64,000 nt of DNA from Gemmatimonadota bacterium (GTDB lineage: Bacteria > Gemmatimonadota > Gemmatimonadetes > Palauibacterales > Palauibacteraceae): contig JBDHAD010000001.1 of assembly GCA_039588215.1 (NCBI GenBank), positions 23,060 through 87,059 of the forward strand, in the 5' to 3' direction. Made by a program: the position numbers and the translations under genes. The notes beneath the pieces were generated by a model that was not told the origin of the DNA, ran no database searches, and saw nothing but the letters and a program-made list of their open reading frames with translations. This document shows positions 1 to 9,591 of this stretch, piece after piece (position 1 is the stretch's first letter; each line of letters begins with the position of its first letter).

Positions 1-68
1 GACCACGCCGACGTTGATCGACGTCCCTCCCAGGTCGACACCCACGATGTATCGGCGATCTTCCACGC
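1..68 (-). CDS. N-terminal fragment of a ROK/BadF-type sugar kinase (gene continues beyond the window start)
   Basis: Minus-strand translation from GTG at 68..66 reads (V)EDRRYIVGVDLGGTSINVGVV. This is the DxGGT ATP-binding N-terminal hairpin of ROK/glucokinase-like proteins. AAAGGAGG lies 8 nt upstream at 77..84. Only 22 codons are visible. Confidence 0.45.
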
Positions 69-309
69 GCTCTCGACCTCCTTTGGTGTCCCTGAACACC
101 GGATGCACACCGGCCCGATTCAGCTTAGCATGCCGCTGACCGACCCCAGCGGCCTGCCAAGCGTCCGGAATCATAGAGGCGGACTCCGGTCCGTCAAAGC
201 GACCAACCGCACAACAGGTGCTCGGGCTCGTCCCGCAGCCTACCTTGTCGCGGCTTTCGCCACCGCTGGGAGGTGCGCGGAGCCCGAACCGCAGGGGCAC
301 CCGGGGTCG

Positions 310-996
310 ATGGCCAGGACACGAATCAGCGAGCCGCACAAGAGAACCTATGCGCACAAGCAGACGTTTTATCGTAACTCTGCGGTGGCGGCCTATTATG
401 ACGAAGAGCGTTTCGTCGGTCCGTTCAAGCGGCGGCGCAACCGGCTCAAGTGGCAGACGATCTGTGACGCACTTGCCACGCTCGACAACATCGGCAGCGT
501 TCTCGACCTCCCGTGCGGGACCGGCCGATTCACGGGCAGCCTCGCTACGCGCGGCTTCCGCGTGGTTGGTAGCGATATCTCGCTCGAGATGATGCGGCGT
601 GCCCTGGAAACGGGGGACGGCTCGAATGGCGTCGGCGGATTCGTACAGGCTGACGCGGAGTGGCTCCCGTTCTCGGATGACAGCATCGACTGCATCGTCT
701 CCATCCGATTCATGTTTCACGTGCCGCCACCCACGCGAGTGTCCATACTCAGAGAGATGGGTCGCGTGGCACCCTGGTTGATCGTCGACTATCGTCACCG
801 ATACAGCTACCGCTACGCGAAGTGGAGGGCCTTACGCGCTCTGCGGCTCACCCGGAGACATCTCGAGCGGGTCTCGCGCACCGGTCTCGAGCAGGAGTTC
901 CGCGACGCCGGTCTCTCGGTTCGCCGAGTTCTGCCAGTAACGCGGGTTTTCTCCGACAAATGGATTGTGGTGGCAGGACGGGGGGACGTGGTATGA
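310..996 (+). CDS. class I SAM-dependent methyltransferase
   Basis: The translation contains motif I, VLDLPCGTGRFTGSLATRGFRVVGSDIS, followed by an acidic motif II. The ATG at 310 (MARTRISEP...) places motif I at the usual distance from the N-terminus. The longer ORF from 103 is Arg-rich and probably non-coding. Confidence 0.75.
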   Translation: MARTRISEPHKRTYAHKQTFYRNSAVAAYYDEERFVGPFKRRRNRLKWQTICDALATLDNIGSVLDLPCGTGRFTGSLATRGFRVVGSDISLEMMRRALETGDGSNGVGGFVQADAEWLPFSDDSIDCIVSIRFMFHVPPPTRVSILREMGRVAPWLIVDYRHRYSYRYAKWRALRALRLTRRHLERVSRTGLEQEFRDAGLSVRRVLPVTRVFSDKWIVVAGRGDVV

Positions 997-1688
997 GGGC
1001 CGAGGAAGCGCGCATACGGGTCGTCGCCAACGGATGGGTGGATCAAGGGGATGGGACGCTCGAGCTCACCGCGCTGGGCGAGGTGCGGATCCTCGAGCGC
1101 CTCAGCGATGGAAGGGTGGCCACGGTATACCGGGCCGATCTGCGCGGCTCACCTGTGGCGCTCAAGATCTTCAAGCCTCGCTCGATCCGGCGTCACGCCG
1201 GGCGGAACCCGTTCAACATCGCGGAATTCGAGTACCGCCGTAATCGGGCTTTCTACGAAGCTCCCGGGCTCGTGCGCTACGTCGCGCGGCCGATCGGCTT
1301 CTTTCATACTCCGGGGGTTGCGGCAGTCGTGCAGGAGCTGCTCCGTGGAGAGTTGTACTACGATTACCATCGCACGGGGGGAGCGGAGGATCCGGCGCGC
1401 ATCGAGGCGCTGTTCGCGCATATCCGCCGTATCGTCGAGCTAGCACACGAATCGGACCTCTTCGACCTGGATCTGCACGCCCTGAACGTCATGGTCGTAC
1501 AAGAGCGGGGGGAGCCCATCCCGAAGCTGTTCGACTTCAATCGGATCCCGTTTTATGAGCACCCCCGGAATCCGCTGGAGGCGCTACTCCTGCGCACCCG
1601 GTTGCTCGACCTGGGGTCCAGAGATCGCCGCAAACTACGTCAGTTTCACGACTTTCGGCACCTGGAGAGTCGGCTGAACCGAAGCTGA
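993..1688 (+). CDS. protein kinase-like fold protein (Kdo/RIO/lipopolysaccharide-kinase-like)
   Basis: The ATG at 993 overlaps the methyltransferase stop (ATGA). The VALKIFKP lysine motif and the LHALNVMV and KLFDF segments resemble the catalytic loop and DFG region of small bacterial kinase-like proteins. Confidence 0.5.
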   Translation: MRAEEARIRVVANGWVDQGDGTLELTALGEVRILERLSDGRVATVYRADLRGSPVALKIFKPRSIRRHAGRNPFNIAEFEYRRNRAFYEAPGLVRYVARPIGFFHTPGVAAVVQELLRGELYYDYHRTGGAEDPARIEALFAHIRRIVELAHESDLFDLDLHALNVMVVQERGEPIPKLFDFNRIPFYEHPRNPLEALLLRTRLLDLGSRDRRKLRQFHDFRHLESRLNRS

Positions 1689-1740
1689 AGGTGTGTCCGG
1701 ACAGGCATCCGGTCCCACGGTGGCGCCCGGACTCGGGCTC

Positions 1741-3543
1741 CTACTCGTCCGAGACCTGGAGTACGGCCAGGAAGGCTTCCTGCGGAATCTCCACCGTGCC
1801 CACCTGTTTCATCCGTTTCTTCCCCTCCTTCTGCTTCTCCAGGAGCTTCCGCTTCCGCGTGATATCGCCCCCGTAGCACTTGGCTGTGACATTCTTTCGC
1901 AGGGCTTTTACGCTCGTGCGGGCGATCACGTCGCGACCGATGGCGGCCTGGATCGCGACTTGGAACAGCTGACGCGGAATCAACTCCTTGAGCTTGCGGG
2001 CCACCTTTCGCCCGTAATCGTGGGCACGATCTCGGTGGACGACCACCGATAGAGCGTCGACCGGGTCACCGTTCAACAGGATGTCCAGCTTCACGAGATC
2101 GGATACGTGGTAGCCGGCCACTTCGTAGTCCATCGCCGCGTACCCGCGAGAAGCGGATTTCAGACGATCGTAGAAGTCGAGCACGATCTCCGCGAGCGGG
2201 AGCTCGTAGGCGATCTCTACACGCTGCGGATCCAGGTAGTGCATGTTCACGTACGCACCCCTGCGGTCGTGGCACAACTTCTGGATCCCGCCGATGTACT
2301 CCGACGGACAGACGATCCGCACGCGGACGTAGGGTTCGCTGATCTCGTCGATCCGTCCCCGCTCGGGCATGCGGCTAGGATTCTCCACGCGCACTTCCTC
2401 GCCGTTGGTGAGCCGCACGACGTACTCCACGTTGGGGAGTGTCGTGATGAGATCGAGATCGAACTCGCGCTCGAGTCGTTCCTGGACGACTTCCATGTGA
2501 AGGAGCCCCAGGAAGCCACACCGAAACCCGAACCCGAGGGCCACCGAAGTCTCGGGCTCGTATTGAAGGCTCGCGTCATTCATTCGCAGCTTCTCGAGCG
2601 CATCCCGCAGCTCCGGGAACTCGTCCGACTCGGTCGGATACAGTCCGGCGAAGACCATCGGCTTCGCCTCCTGGTAACCAGGGAGCAGCTGCGTCGCGCG
2701 CCGGTCGGCGTCCAACAGCGTGTCGCCGACCCGGGTGTCACCCACCCGCTTGATCTGCGCCGTGACGTAACCTACCTCGCCCGTGCGGAGGGCCTCCGTG
2801 GGCTGGAAGCCGAGCCGCATGTATCCGACTTCGTCGACCTCGTACGTGGCATCGGTGGTTCCGAAGCCAATCCGCATCCCGGGACGTAGCTCCCCATCCA
2901 CGACGCGAATCATCGGGACGCCCCCTCGGTAGCGGTCGTATTGTGAGTCGAAGATGAGGGCGCGCAACGGGGCATCCGGATCGCCGGCGGGCGGAGGGAC
3001 TCGCTCTACGATTGCCCTCAACACCTCGTCGATGCCGCGACCCTCTTTGGCAGAGGTCAGGATGACCTCGGACGCCTCGATCCCCAAGAGCTCCGCAACC
3101 TCCTCCGCGCACTGCTCCGGGTGGGCGGAGGGAAGATCGATCTTGTTCACGATCGGGATCACATCGAGACCCGCCTCGATCGTGAGGAACAGGTTGGCGA
3201 GCGTCTGTGCCTCGACGCCCTGGCTGGCGTCCACGACGAGGAGGGCTCCCTCGCACGCCGCCAGACTCCGGCTGACCTCGTACGTGAAGTCGACGTGACC
3301 AGGCGTATCGATCAGGTTGAGCTCATACGACTCCCCGTCCGGTGCCTGGTAGTCCATGCGAATCGCGTTCAGCTTGATCGTGATTCCGCGCTCCCGCTCC
3401 AAATCCATCGAGTCGAGCACCTGAGCCACCATGCGGCGTGCCTCCACAGCCCCGGTCTGCTCGAGAAGGCGATCCGCCAGAGTCGACTTGCCGTGATCGA
3501 TGTGAGCGACGATCGAGAAGTTGCGAATGTGGTCCGCCCTCAC
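1741..3543 (-). CDS. lepA: translation elongation factor 4 (LepA)
   Basis: [21 protein letters not shown]1 motif, DTPGHVDF G3 motif, and the typical LepA C-terminus ...[18 protein letters not shown] at 3543 gives the canonical N-terminus and overlaps the upstream stop by 2 nt. The ATG at 3570 is an alternative start. Confidence 0.92.
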   Translation of the reverse strand: MRADHIRNFSIVAHIDHGKSTLADRLLEQTGAVEARRMVAQVLDSMDLERERGITIKLNAIRMDYQAPDGESYELNLIDTPGHVDFTYEVSRSLAACEGALLVVDASQGVEAQTLANLFLTIEAGLDVIPIVNKIDLPSAHPEQCAEEVAELLGIEASEVILTSAKEGRGIDEVLRAIVERVPPPAGDPDAPLRALIFDSQYDRYRGGVPMIRVVDGELRPGMRIGFGTTDATYEVDEVGYMRLGFQPTEALRTGEVGYVTAQIKRVGDTRVGDTLLDADRRATQLLPGYQEAKPMVFAGLYPTESDEFPELRDALEKLRMNDASLQYEPETSVALGFGFRCGFLGLLHMEVVQERLEREFDLDLITTLPNVEYVVRLTNGEEVRVENPSRMPERGRIDEISEPYVRVRIVCPSEYIGGIQKLCHDRRGAYVNMHYLDPQRVEIAYELPLAEIVLDFYDRLKSASRGYAAMDYEVAGYHVSDLVKLDILLNGDPVDALSVVVHRDRAHDYGRKVARKLKELIPRQLFQVAIQAAIGRDVIARTSVKALRKNVTAKCYGGDITRKRKLLEKQKEGKKRMKQVGTVEIPQEAFLAVLQVSDE

Positions 3544-3544
3544 G

Positions 3545-4327
3545 TCACACCTCGACCGTGAGCCCGTCATACGCGGCGCGGATCCCCGGCGGGAGGCGCG
3601 CATCCATCTCGGCCTGGACAACGCGGTGCGTGAGGTGGGTCAGGTACGTCGTCTCCGCCCCGAGTCGTCGGCCGACGTCGATGGCTTCCTCGATACTGAA
3701 ATGTCCCGGGTGTGGATCCCCGAACCACAGCGCGTTGATTACCAGGGCGCGAACTCCTTCCAGCAACGGGATGGCGTCCTCTGGCACGGACTTCCCATCC
3801 ACTACCACGGCCAGGTCTCCGGCGCGAAACCCGAAGCTACGATACACCCCGTGCGGGAAAGCGATCGGCAGGAGGGGAATCCCGCACGCATCGACCGGCT
3901 CTCGATCTTCGAACAGACGCAGGTCGAGGTCCGGGACGGTCGACCACGCGTTCGGAGCCGAGCCGGCTTGCCAGATGTAGGAGAAGCGGCTCTTTAGCTC
4001 CGGCTCGAATTCCCGCGCCACGTGCAACGGGAGCGGGGCGCCCGCCCGCATGCTGAACACGCGGAGATCGTCAATGCCGTGCGTGTGATCCGCGTGCTCG
4101 TGCGACAGAAAGACCGCGTCCACCCGCTCGACGCCGGCCCGCACCAACTGAAGCCGGAGCTCGGGAGGCGTGTCCACTAGCAGCGTACGGCTGGACTGCT
4201 CGATGAGCAGCGAGTGTCGCGTGCGTCGGTCACGCGGATCGTCCGAAGAGCACGCCGGGCAGTGGCAACCGATGACGGGGACACCGAAGGAGGTTCCCGT
4301 CCCTAAAAAGGTGACCCTCAAGGGCAC
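3545..4327 (-). CDS. MBL-fold metallo-hydrolase (PhnP/GPMB-like)
   Basis: HEHADH metallo-beta-lactamase motif and a CxxC pair near the N-terminus (GCHCPAC). It lies between pyk and lepA in the same orientation. Confidence 0.8.
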   Translation of the reverse strand: MPLRVTFLGTGTSFGVPVIGCHCPACSSDDPRDRRTRHSLLIEQSSRTLLVDTPPELRLQLVRAGVERVDAVFLSHEHADHTHGIDDLRVFSMRAGAPLPLHVAREFEPELKSRFSYIWQAGSAPNAWSTVPDLDLRLFEDREPVDACGIPLLPIAFPHGVYRSFGFRAGDLAVVVDGKSVPEDAIPLLEGVRALVINALWFGDPHPGHFSIEEAIDVGRRLGAETTYLTHLTHRVVQAEMDARLPPGIRAAYDGLTVEV

Positions 4328-4356
4328 AAGCCGCGCTCGAGCTCCAGCCGGCTCAC

Positions 4357-5796
4357 CTACAGCTCCTCGATCCGCATCATGTTGGTCGTGCCGGTCACGT
4401 GGAAAGGAACGCCCGCCGTGACCACGAACCGCTGGCCCGGTTCCCCGAGGCCCTGCTCCAGCGCCACTTCCTTGGCGCGCGTCAACATGCTGTCGTAGTC
4501 CACATCACCTCTGAAGAGGATCGGCTCGACACCCCACACGAGCGCGAGTTGGTTGAACGTGCGCCATTGATCGCTTACCGCGAGGATCGGGACGTTGGGC
4601 CGTTGCGCCGACACGATGCGGGCCGTGTATCCGCTGCGCGTGAACGTCACGGCGAACGGGGATCCGAGTCGTTCCACCGCCTCCATGGCGGCGGCCGCGA
4701 CGGCCCCCGACATGGATTGCTGCACCTCGGCGAGCCTATCGGAGCGCCGCGCGGCCCGATAGAAGGCCCCGTCACGCTCGAGCTCGATGCGGCGGATGAT
4801 GCGATCCATCGTCTCGACGGCCTCGACGGGGTAATCGCCGGCAGCGGTCTCGCCCGAGAGCATGACCGCGTCCGTTCCGTCCAGCAATGCGTTCGCCACA
4901 TCCGAGACCTCCGCTCGGGTGGGCCTCGGCTCGCGGGTCATCGACTCCAGCATCTGGGTCGCGGTGATCACGGGCCGCGCGCGACTCTTTGCAGATCGTA
5001 TGACCCGCTTCTGCGCCATTGGGACTTCCTCGTACGGCAGCTCCACGCCGAGGTCGCCGCGCGCCACCATCACACCGTCGGACGCCGGGAGGATTTCGTC
5101 GAGCCGCTCGAGGGCCTGTGCTTTCTCGATCTTCGCGATCAAGAGGGTCCCGGTGTCCATGGCCGCGCGCGCTTCCTGTAAGTCCTCCGGGCGTCGCACG
5201 AAGCTGAGGGCCATGTAGTCGAAGCGCTGGGCACGAGCGAATTCGAGGTCTTCTCGGTCCTTGTCCGTTAGGCTCGGGGCGCCGATCTGGACGCCCGGGA
5301 GATTGATCCCTTTCTGTGACGTGAGCGAACCGCCGGCCTGCGCCTGCGCCATGACCCAGCGCCCCTGCGTCTCGTGCACGATGAACTCGAAACGCCCATC
5401 GTCCAGGAGTATGCGGTCTCCGGGCTCTACTTCATCCGCGAGCTCCGGATACGTCGTAGGGATCAAGCGATGGGGCTCGCAGGCGGTCGGTGCCTCGTAC
5501 CCCTCCGGCACGAAGCAATAGTCGCGCTCGATCTCGATCTCGATGGCGGCGTCCAGATCTCCTACCCGGATTCTCGGGCCTTGGAGGTCACCGATCACCG
5601 CGAGGGGGCGTCCGGTGCTGCGAACGGTATCGCGAGCCAACGACACCACGTCGGCCGCCCATTCTTGAGAGGCGTGGGAGAAGTTGATGCGGATCGCGTC
5701 GATTCCGGCCGCGACGAGCTGTCGGAAGACCGCCGAGTCCCGGCTGGCGGGACCTATGGTGGCGACGATTTTGGCTCTACGAAATCCGGCGCTCAT
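4357..5796 (-). CDS. pyk: pyruvate kinase
   Basis: The N-terminus KIVATIGPAS...INFSHA and the MVARGDLGVE active-site segment are canonical. Length is 479 aa. Confidence 0.93.
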   Translation of the reverse strand: MSAGFRRAKIVATIGPASRDSAVFRQLVAAGIDAIRINFSHASQEWAADVVSLARDTVRSTGRPLAVIGDLQGPRIRVGDLDAAIEIEIERDYCFVPEGYEAPTACEPHRLIPTTYPELADEVEPGDRILLDDGRFEFIVHETQGRWVMAQAQAGGSLTSQKGINLPGVQIGAPSLTDKDREDLEFARAQRFDYMALSFVRRPEDLQEARAAMDTGTLLIAKIEKAQALERLDEILPASDGVMVARGDLGVELPYEEVPMAQKRVIRSAKSRARPVITATQMLESMTREPRPTRAEVSDVANALLDGTDAVMLSGETAAGDYPVEAVETMDRIIRRIELERDGAFYRAARRSDRLAEVQQSMSGAVAAAAMEAVERLGSPFAVTFTRSGYTARIVSAQRPNVPILAVSDQWRTFNQLALVWGVEPILFRGDVDYDSMLTRAKEVALEQGLGEPGQRFVVTAGVPFHVTGTTNMMRIEEL

Positions 5797-5826
5797 TCGC
5801 TACCGCGGTGGAGCCCCGGGCCACGG

Positions 5827-6165
5827 CTATCGAAACGGTACGCGCACGCTCGCGGTTTCCAGGAGGTCAGGTCGATGTGCCGCGATCCATTCATGCATCC
5901 GCTGCAGCTGGCCCAGCGGGAGTTTCTCGAGCGATCTCACCTGTAAGCCGGGGATGATACAGGCGGCGGCGCGGCGTAGAAAGTAGGCCCTTTGACGTGC
6001 GCGTTGCTCGGTACTGAGGCTCGTCCCGCCGGGGACGTCGGGGATCGGCTCCATCAACCTACGGTAGCTGTAGGCTTCTCGGGCCGAGAACTCCTGCGGG
6101 ATGAAGTAGGGTCTGCCTTCGAGCTCGAAGTCGCCTTCATTGGTGATGGCGATGCCACGTGCCAT
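5827..6165 (-). CDS. hypothetical protein (first gene of the pyk operon)
   Basis: The ORF has an AAGGAG Shine-Dalgarno 6 nt before the ATG at 6165 (MARGIAITNEGD...). It ends 30 nt before pyk. No recognisable motif. Confidence 0.5.
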   Translation of the reverse strand: MARGIAITNEGDFELEGRPYFIPQEFSAREAYSYRRLMEPIPDVPGGTSLSTEQRARQRAYFLRRAAACIIPGLQVRSLEKLPLGQLQRMHEWIAAHRPDLLETASVRVPFR

Positions 6166-6523
6166 AACGGACTCCTTCACCGAGTATGACGTCGACGTGA
6201 GGTGGTCGATCGGTCGGGAGGTACCGCCAGTATAGGCGAAACGTGGGGTCCGATGCAAACTTTATCGGGCACCGCGGGGTGACCGAGCCCTCGGCGCTTG
6301 TTGGATGATGCAGTGGTCCCTACCTTGGGCTCGATGGGTGGCGGGGTGGTGTGGTGGCGCAGGTCTACGAGACCCGTTCCGGCCGCGGCCGGCGGGTCGT
6401 TTTATGTCCAGGGGCGTCCGCCCGCCCGTATCTCCCGCCTGCTGCGGCAGTCCATCGAGGGCTGGCCGGTCCGAGTACGACAGAAGTGTCGTAAGACGGT
6501 TCCGTTTGGGGAGGAGGCGTGCC

Positions 6524-6877
6524 ATGTCGCGTGAGACGGGGAAGGTGAAGTGGTTCTCGAACGAGAAGGGGTATGGGTTCATCGAGCGGGACGGCCTGGA
6601 CGACGTCTTTGTCCACCACTCGGAGATCCAGATGGACGGGTTCCGGACGCTGGACGCGGGCGAGCCCGTGGAGTTCGAGCTCATCAGCGGTGAGAAGGGG
6701 CCAAAGGCCCAGCAGGTCGTGCGTGCGGAGCATGTCGGAGCCGGCGCGGGCGCGGGAAACGGAGCGTCTTTCTCGGCTCGGAATCCTCTCGAAGGGGATC
6801 ATGAGCCGTCCGAGGATTCACCGACGCTGACCGAGCAACTCAAGTCGAAGTTCGGCCGGCGTCTCTTCGGCAACTGA
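6524..6877 (+). CDS. cold-shock protein (CspA family) with a ~50 aa C-terminal extension
   Basis: GKVKWFSNEKGYGFIERDGLDDVFVHHSEI contains the RNP1/RNP2 motifs of the cold-shock domain. GGAGGAGG lies upstream of the ATG at 6524. The 118 aa product is longer than the ~67 aa CSD. About 200 nt of 5' UTR upstream is typical for csp genes. Confidence 0.88.
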   Translation: MSRETGKVKWFSNEKGYGFIERDGLDDVFVHHSEIQMDGFRTLDAGEPVEFELISGEKGPKAQQVVRAEHVGAGAGAGNGASFSARNPLEGDHEPSEDSPTLTEQLKSKFGRRLFGN

Positions 6878-7031
6878 GGGATCGCCGGGAGCCTCATCCT
6901 GGTCGCCGGGATTCTAGCGGTCGCTGAAGCGTCCCCGGCGATCAGGTCATGCTGGATTCGCTTCGGCGTCCCGGATCGGACGCGGATCCGGGACGCGAGA
7001 GGCGTTGAGCCGCCGGAATCCGGTTGACCTG

Positions 7032-7058
7032 ACCGCTCGGGAGCGGTTATTTTTTTTT
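7032..7058 (+). terminator. rho-independent terminator downstream of csp
   Basis: GACCGCTC-ggga-GCGGT(T) hairpin followed by TATTTTTTTTT, 155 nt after the csp stop. Confidence 0.6.
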
Positions 7059-7142
7059 CGTGACAATTGGCTCCGAGTCGGGGCGGCGCATGATCGGAGG
7101 CCCCCACCGGCTGACGCGAGCCTCACATGGGGAGGCGTTGTA

Positions 7143-7340
7143 TTGGAGTACATACTCCGTGAGAACGAAGAGCTCGACCGCGCGCTAAGGAAGTTCCGGC
7201 GCAAGGTGCAGAGGGCTGGCATCTTCCGCGACATCAAGAAGCACCGCTTCTACGAGAAGCCGAGCGAGGCGCGACGCCGCAAGGCCAAAGCGGCCGAGCG
7301 CAGACGACGACGGCGACGGCGGAGGGCCACCGGGGAGTAG
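7143..7340 (+). CDS. rpsU: 30S ribosomal protein S21
   Basis: LEYILRENEELDRALRKFRRKVQRAGIFRDIKKHRFYEKPSEARRRKAKAAERR matches the S21 family pattern (..VRENE..ALRRFKR...G......R.FYEKP..R.....A). TTG start at 7143 with GGAGG 8 nt upstream. Poly-Arg C-terminal tail. Confidence 0.85.
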   Translation: MEYILRENEELDRALRKFRRKVQRAGIFRDIKKHRFYEKPSEARRRKAKAAERRRRRRRRRATGE

Positions 7341-7369
7341 GTCTCACCTTCAACGCGACTCCGCCCCGG

Positions 7370-7759
7370 TCAAGAACGGCAAGCCACGACCCCCGGCGTC
7401 TCGACGTAAGACCGGGGCGCACCCACGGACCCCACGAAGACCGCGCACTCCGTGTCCCCCCCTTCAACCGTCCCGAGGGCGGCGAACCCCTCTCTCCCAG
7501 CGTCGAGTATGTCTATTAGGACGTCGGGAGACGAAGTGAACACCAAGCTTCCGATGTCGAGCGTGTAGCGATCGTTCTCGCTCCAGTAGATCGCCTGAGC
7601 GCGGACCAACTCCTCGAGATCCGCCCTTATCGTGGCCTCGGTCTCGCGGAGCTGTGAGGGGTCGTGGCGAGCTGTGCCCGATTCGACGACCACGGGCCGC
7701 TGACACGTTCCCGCGAAGGTCAGCCCCAACACAGCCAGCCAGAACGTCACGTTTCGCAA
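7370..7759 (-). CDS. small secreted hypothetical protein
   Basis: N-terminal signal peptide MRNVTFWLAVLGLTFAGTC. No family recognised. Confidence 0.45.
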   Translation of the reverse strand: MRNVTFWLAVLGLTFAGTCQRPVVVESGTARHDPSQLRETEATIRADLEELVRAQAIYWSENDRYTLDIGSLVFTSSPDVLIDILDAGREGFAALGTVEGGDTECAVFVGSVGAPRSYVETPGVVACRS

Positions 7760-7822
7760 AGCAGCCCCCCTTGAATCTGTCGGGCCCGGCCCGAGGCGGA
7801 TCGCCGGCGCTCTAGCGACCTG

Positions 7823-9055
7823 CTAGGCGGGCCGTGAGGCCCCGAATCGCCGCTCCACGTAGGCATTCAGGATCTCGAGGAACTCCTCCACGATCCCTGG
7901 GCCGCGGAGCGTCGCATGGTGTTCGCCGTCGACGTAGACCGGCGCGCTCGGATCTTCGGCCGTCCCCGGGAGCGAAATCCCGATGTCGGCGTGCTTCGAC
8001 TCGCCCGGTCCGTTCACGACGCAACCCATGACGGCAACCGCGAGACTCTCGACACCCGGGTATCGATCGCGCCATTCGGACATCCGGCGGGCGATGTGCT
8101 CTTGCACTTCGAGCGCGAGCGCCTGAAAGAACTGGCTCGTAGTGCGGCCACAGCCCGGGCACGCGGTGACCTGGGGCTGGAAGCTACGGAGCTCGAGCGA
8201 TTGAAGGACCTGCTGGGCCACACGAACCTCCTCCACCCGATCGGCACCGGGCTCGGGAGTCAGTGACACTCGAATGGTGTCCCCGATCCCCTCCATCAGG
8301 ATGATCGAGAGCGCGGCCGTGGAGGCGACGACGCCTTTGCGCGACATGCCCGCCTCGGTAAGTCCGAGGTGCAATGGGTAGTCACAGCGAGACGCCAACT
8401 CTCGATACACCCGGGCTAGATCCGGGACCCGCGAGATCTTCGCGCTCAAGATGATTCGGTCATGCGGGAGCCCCACGCGCTCCGCGAAGGCGGCCGAAGC
8501 GAGAGCGCTTTCCACCATCGCGGCCAACGTCACCGTGTGCGCATCGTGCGGCTCGACCCGGTCAGCATTTTCGTCCATCAGCCGGGTCAGCAAGGACTGG
8601 TCGAGTGATCCCCAATTCACGCCGATCCGCACCGGCTTGTCGTGCTCGATGGCGCACTCGACGATCTTTGCGAAATGCGCGTCCCACGTGGCCTTGCCGA
8701 CGTTACCGGGGTTGATGCGGTACTTGTCGAGCGCGCTGGCGCAATCCGGATGGCCGGGCAGGAGGATATGCCCGTTGTAGTGAAAATCGCCGATGATTGG
8801 GACGAGCACACCCGTGCCCCTCAACCGCTCCACGATCTTCGGCACGGCGATCGCGGCGTCTGATGTGTTGACGGTCACGCGGACGAGCTCGGAACCGGCT
8901 TCATACAGCTCGGTCACCTGCCGGACCGTCGTTTCAACGTCGGCCGTGTCCGTATTCGTCATGGATTGGATCGCGATCGGATGATCAAAACCGACCGGGA
9001 CGTCGCCCACCCGCACCGTGACGGTCTGTCTCCGAGTAACCGCGCTGGTCGTCAC
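7823..9055 (-). CDS. ispG: 4-hydroxy-3-methylbut-2-en-1-yl diphosphate synthase (IspG/GcpE)
   Basis: Conserved [23 protein letters not shown]-terminal region and the C-terminal [4Fe-4S] cysteines (CPGCGR ... GCVVNGPGE). A GTG at 9055 gives a 410 aa product with the canonical N-terminus. The 154 in-frame codons upstream are Arg-rich and look non-coding. Confidence 0.88.
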   Translation of the reverse strand: MTTSAVTRRQTVTVRVGDVPVGFDHPIAIQSMTNTDTADVETTVRQVTELYEAGSELVRVTVNTSDAAIAVPKIVERLRGTGVLVPIIGDFHYNGHILLPGHPDCASALDKYRINPGNVGKATWDAHFAKIVECAIEHDKPVRIGVNWGSLDQSLLTRLMDENADRVEPHDAHTVTLAAMVESALASAAFAERVGLPHDRIILSAKISRVPDLARVYRELASRCDYPLHLGLTEAGMSRKGVVASTAALSIILMEGIGDTIRVSLTPEPGADRVEEVRVAQQVLQSLELRSFQPQVTACPGCGRTTSQFFQALALEVQEHIARRMSEWRDRYPGVESLAVAVMGCVVNGPGESKHADIGISLPGTAEDPSAPVYVDGEHHATLRGPGIVEEFLEILNAYVERRFGASRPA

Positions 9056-9183
9056 CTGCCCTCTCGGAACTGAAATGAAAAAGCCCCGGCCGGATCGCGG
9101 CCGAGGCTGGTCGATCGAACCGGTGTCGCTTCGACACCGGGACGGCGGTCTGTCATACGGTTGCGCCGATCGATCTCCCGTCG

Positions 9184-9390
9184 CTACGCGGACGGACCGC
9201 GAGCACGCCAGAAGCGCTGAAACTCGCGGTCGAAGCTCTGCCGTTTTCGCTCCATCTCCTGCTCGAACGCCTCGCGGTGCGCGTCCAAGGCCGCCTTCAT
9301 CCATTGGCGGTCGATCGTAGGATGTCTCAGATTCTTGGGTTGTCCTGCCCCGCCACCTCCGCCGCCACCCGTACTCTCGCTGGTGGCCAT
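9184..9390 (-). CDS. hypothetical small protein (68 aa) with an N-terminal poly-Gly stretch
   Basis: ATG at 9390 with GGAG 7-10 nt upstream. Codon third positions are GC-biased like neighbouring genes. It lies between a pair of NrdR-like boxes and ispG on the same strand. No family recognised. Confidence 0.4.
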   Translation of the reverse strand: MATSESTGGGGGGGAGQPKNLRHPTIDRQWMKAALDAHREAFEQEMERKRQSFDREFQRFWRARGPSA

Positions 9391-9508
9391 CGGTCACTCC
9401 CCGTACGGTTTTAGGTCGGCCTCCGCCCTCGGTTTCCACGCCGTCCCTGGAGTTTTCCACAGACAGCCCACTGAGCATCCACACTCGGGGGCGTTTTCCA
9501 CACGTTGC

Positions 9509-9555
9509 CCACAACATGTTGTGGATATGCTGGGAGGCGACACAACATATTGTAT
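9509..9555 (-). promoter_or_regulatory. tandem NrdR-box-like palindromes (CCACAACATGTTGTGG at 9509..9524, ACACAACATATTGTAT at 9540..9555)
   Basis: Two 16-bp palindromes fit the NrdR operator consensus acaCwAtATaTwGtgt. Their centres are 31 bp apart, the usual NrdR tandem spacing. They sit 119-165 nt upstream of the 9390 ORF start. Confidence 0.6.
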
Positions 9556-9591
9556 GCTTTGGCGTTCAGACGAGCAAGCGGAGGGCCGGTT

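Noticed and set aside
103-309. Upstream 69 codons of the methyltransferase ORF starting at ATG 103
   Set aside because: The translation (PSVRNHRGGLRSVKATNRTTGARARPAA...) is not protein-like. Motif I spacing fits the ATG at 310.
9056-9517. 154-codon in-frame N-terminal extension of the ispG ORF (track ORF 7823..9517)
   Set aside because: The translation is Arg/Gly/Pro-rich low-complexity typical of non-coding GC-rich DNA. The conserved IspG N-terminus begins at the GTG at 9055 with a plausible RBS. The region also contains the independent 9184..9390 ORF in another frame.
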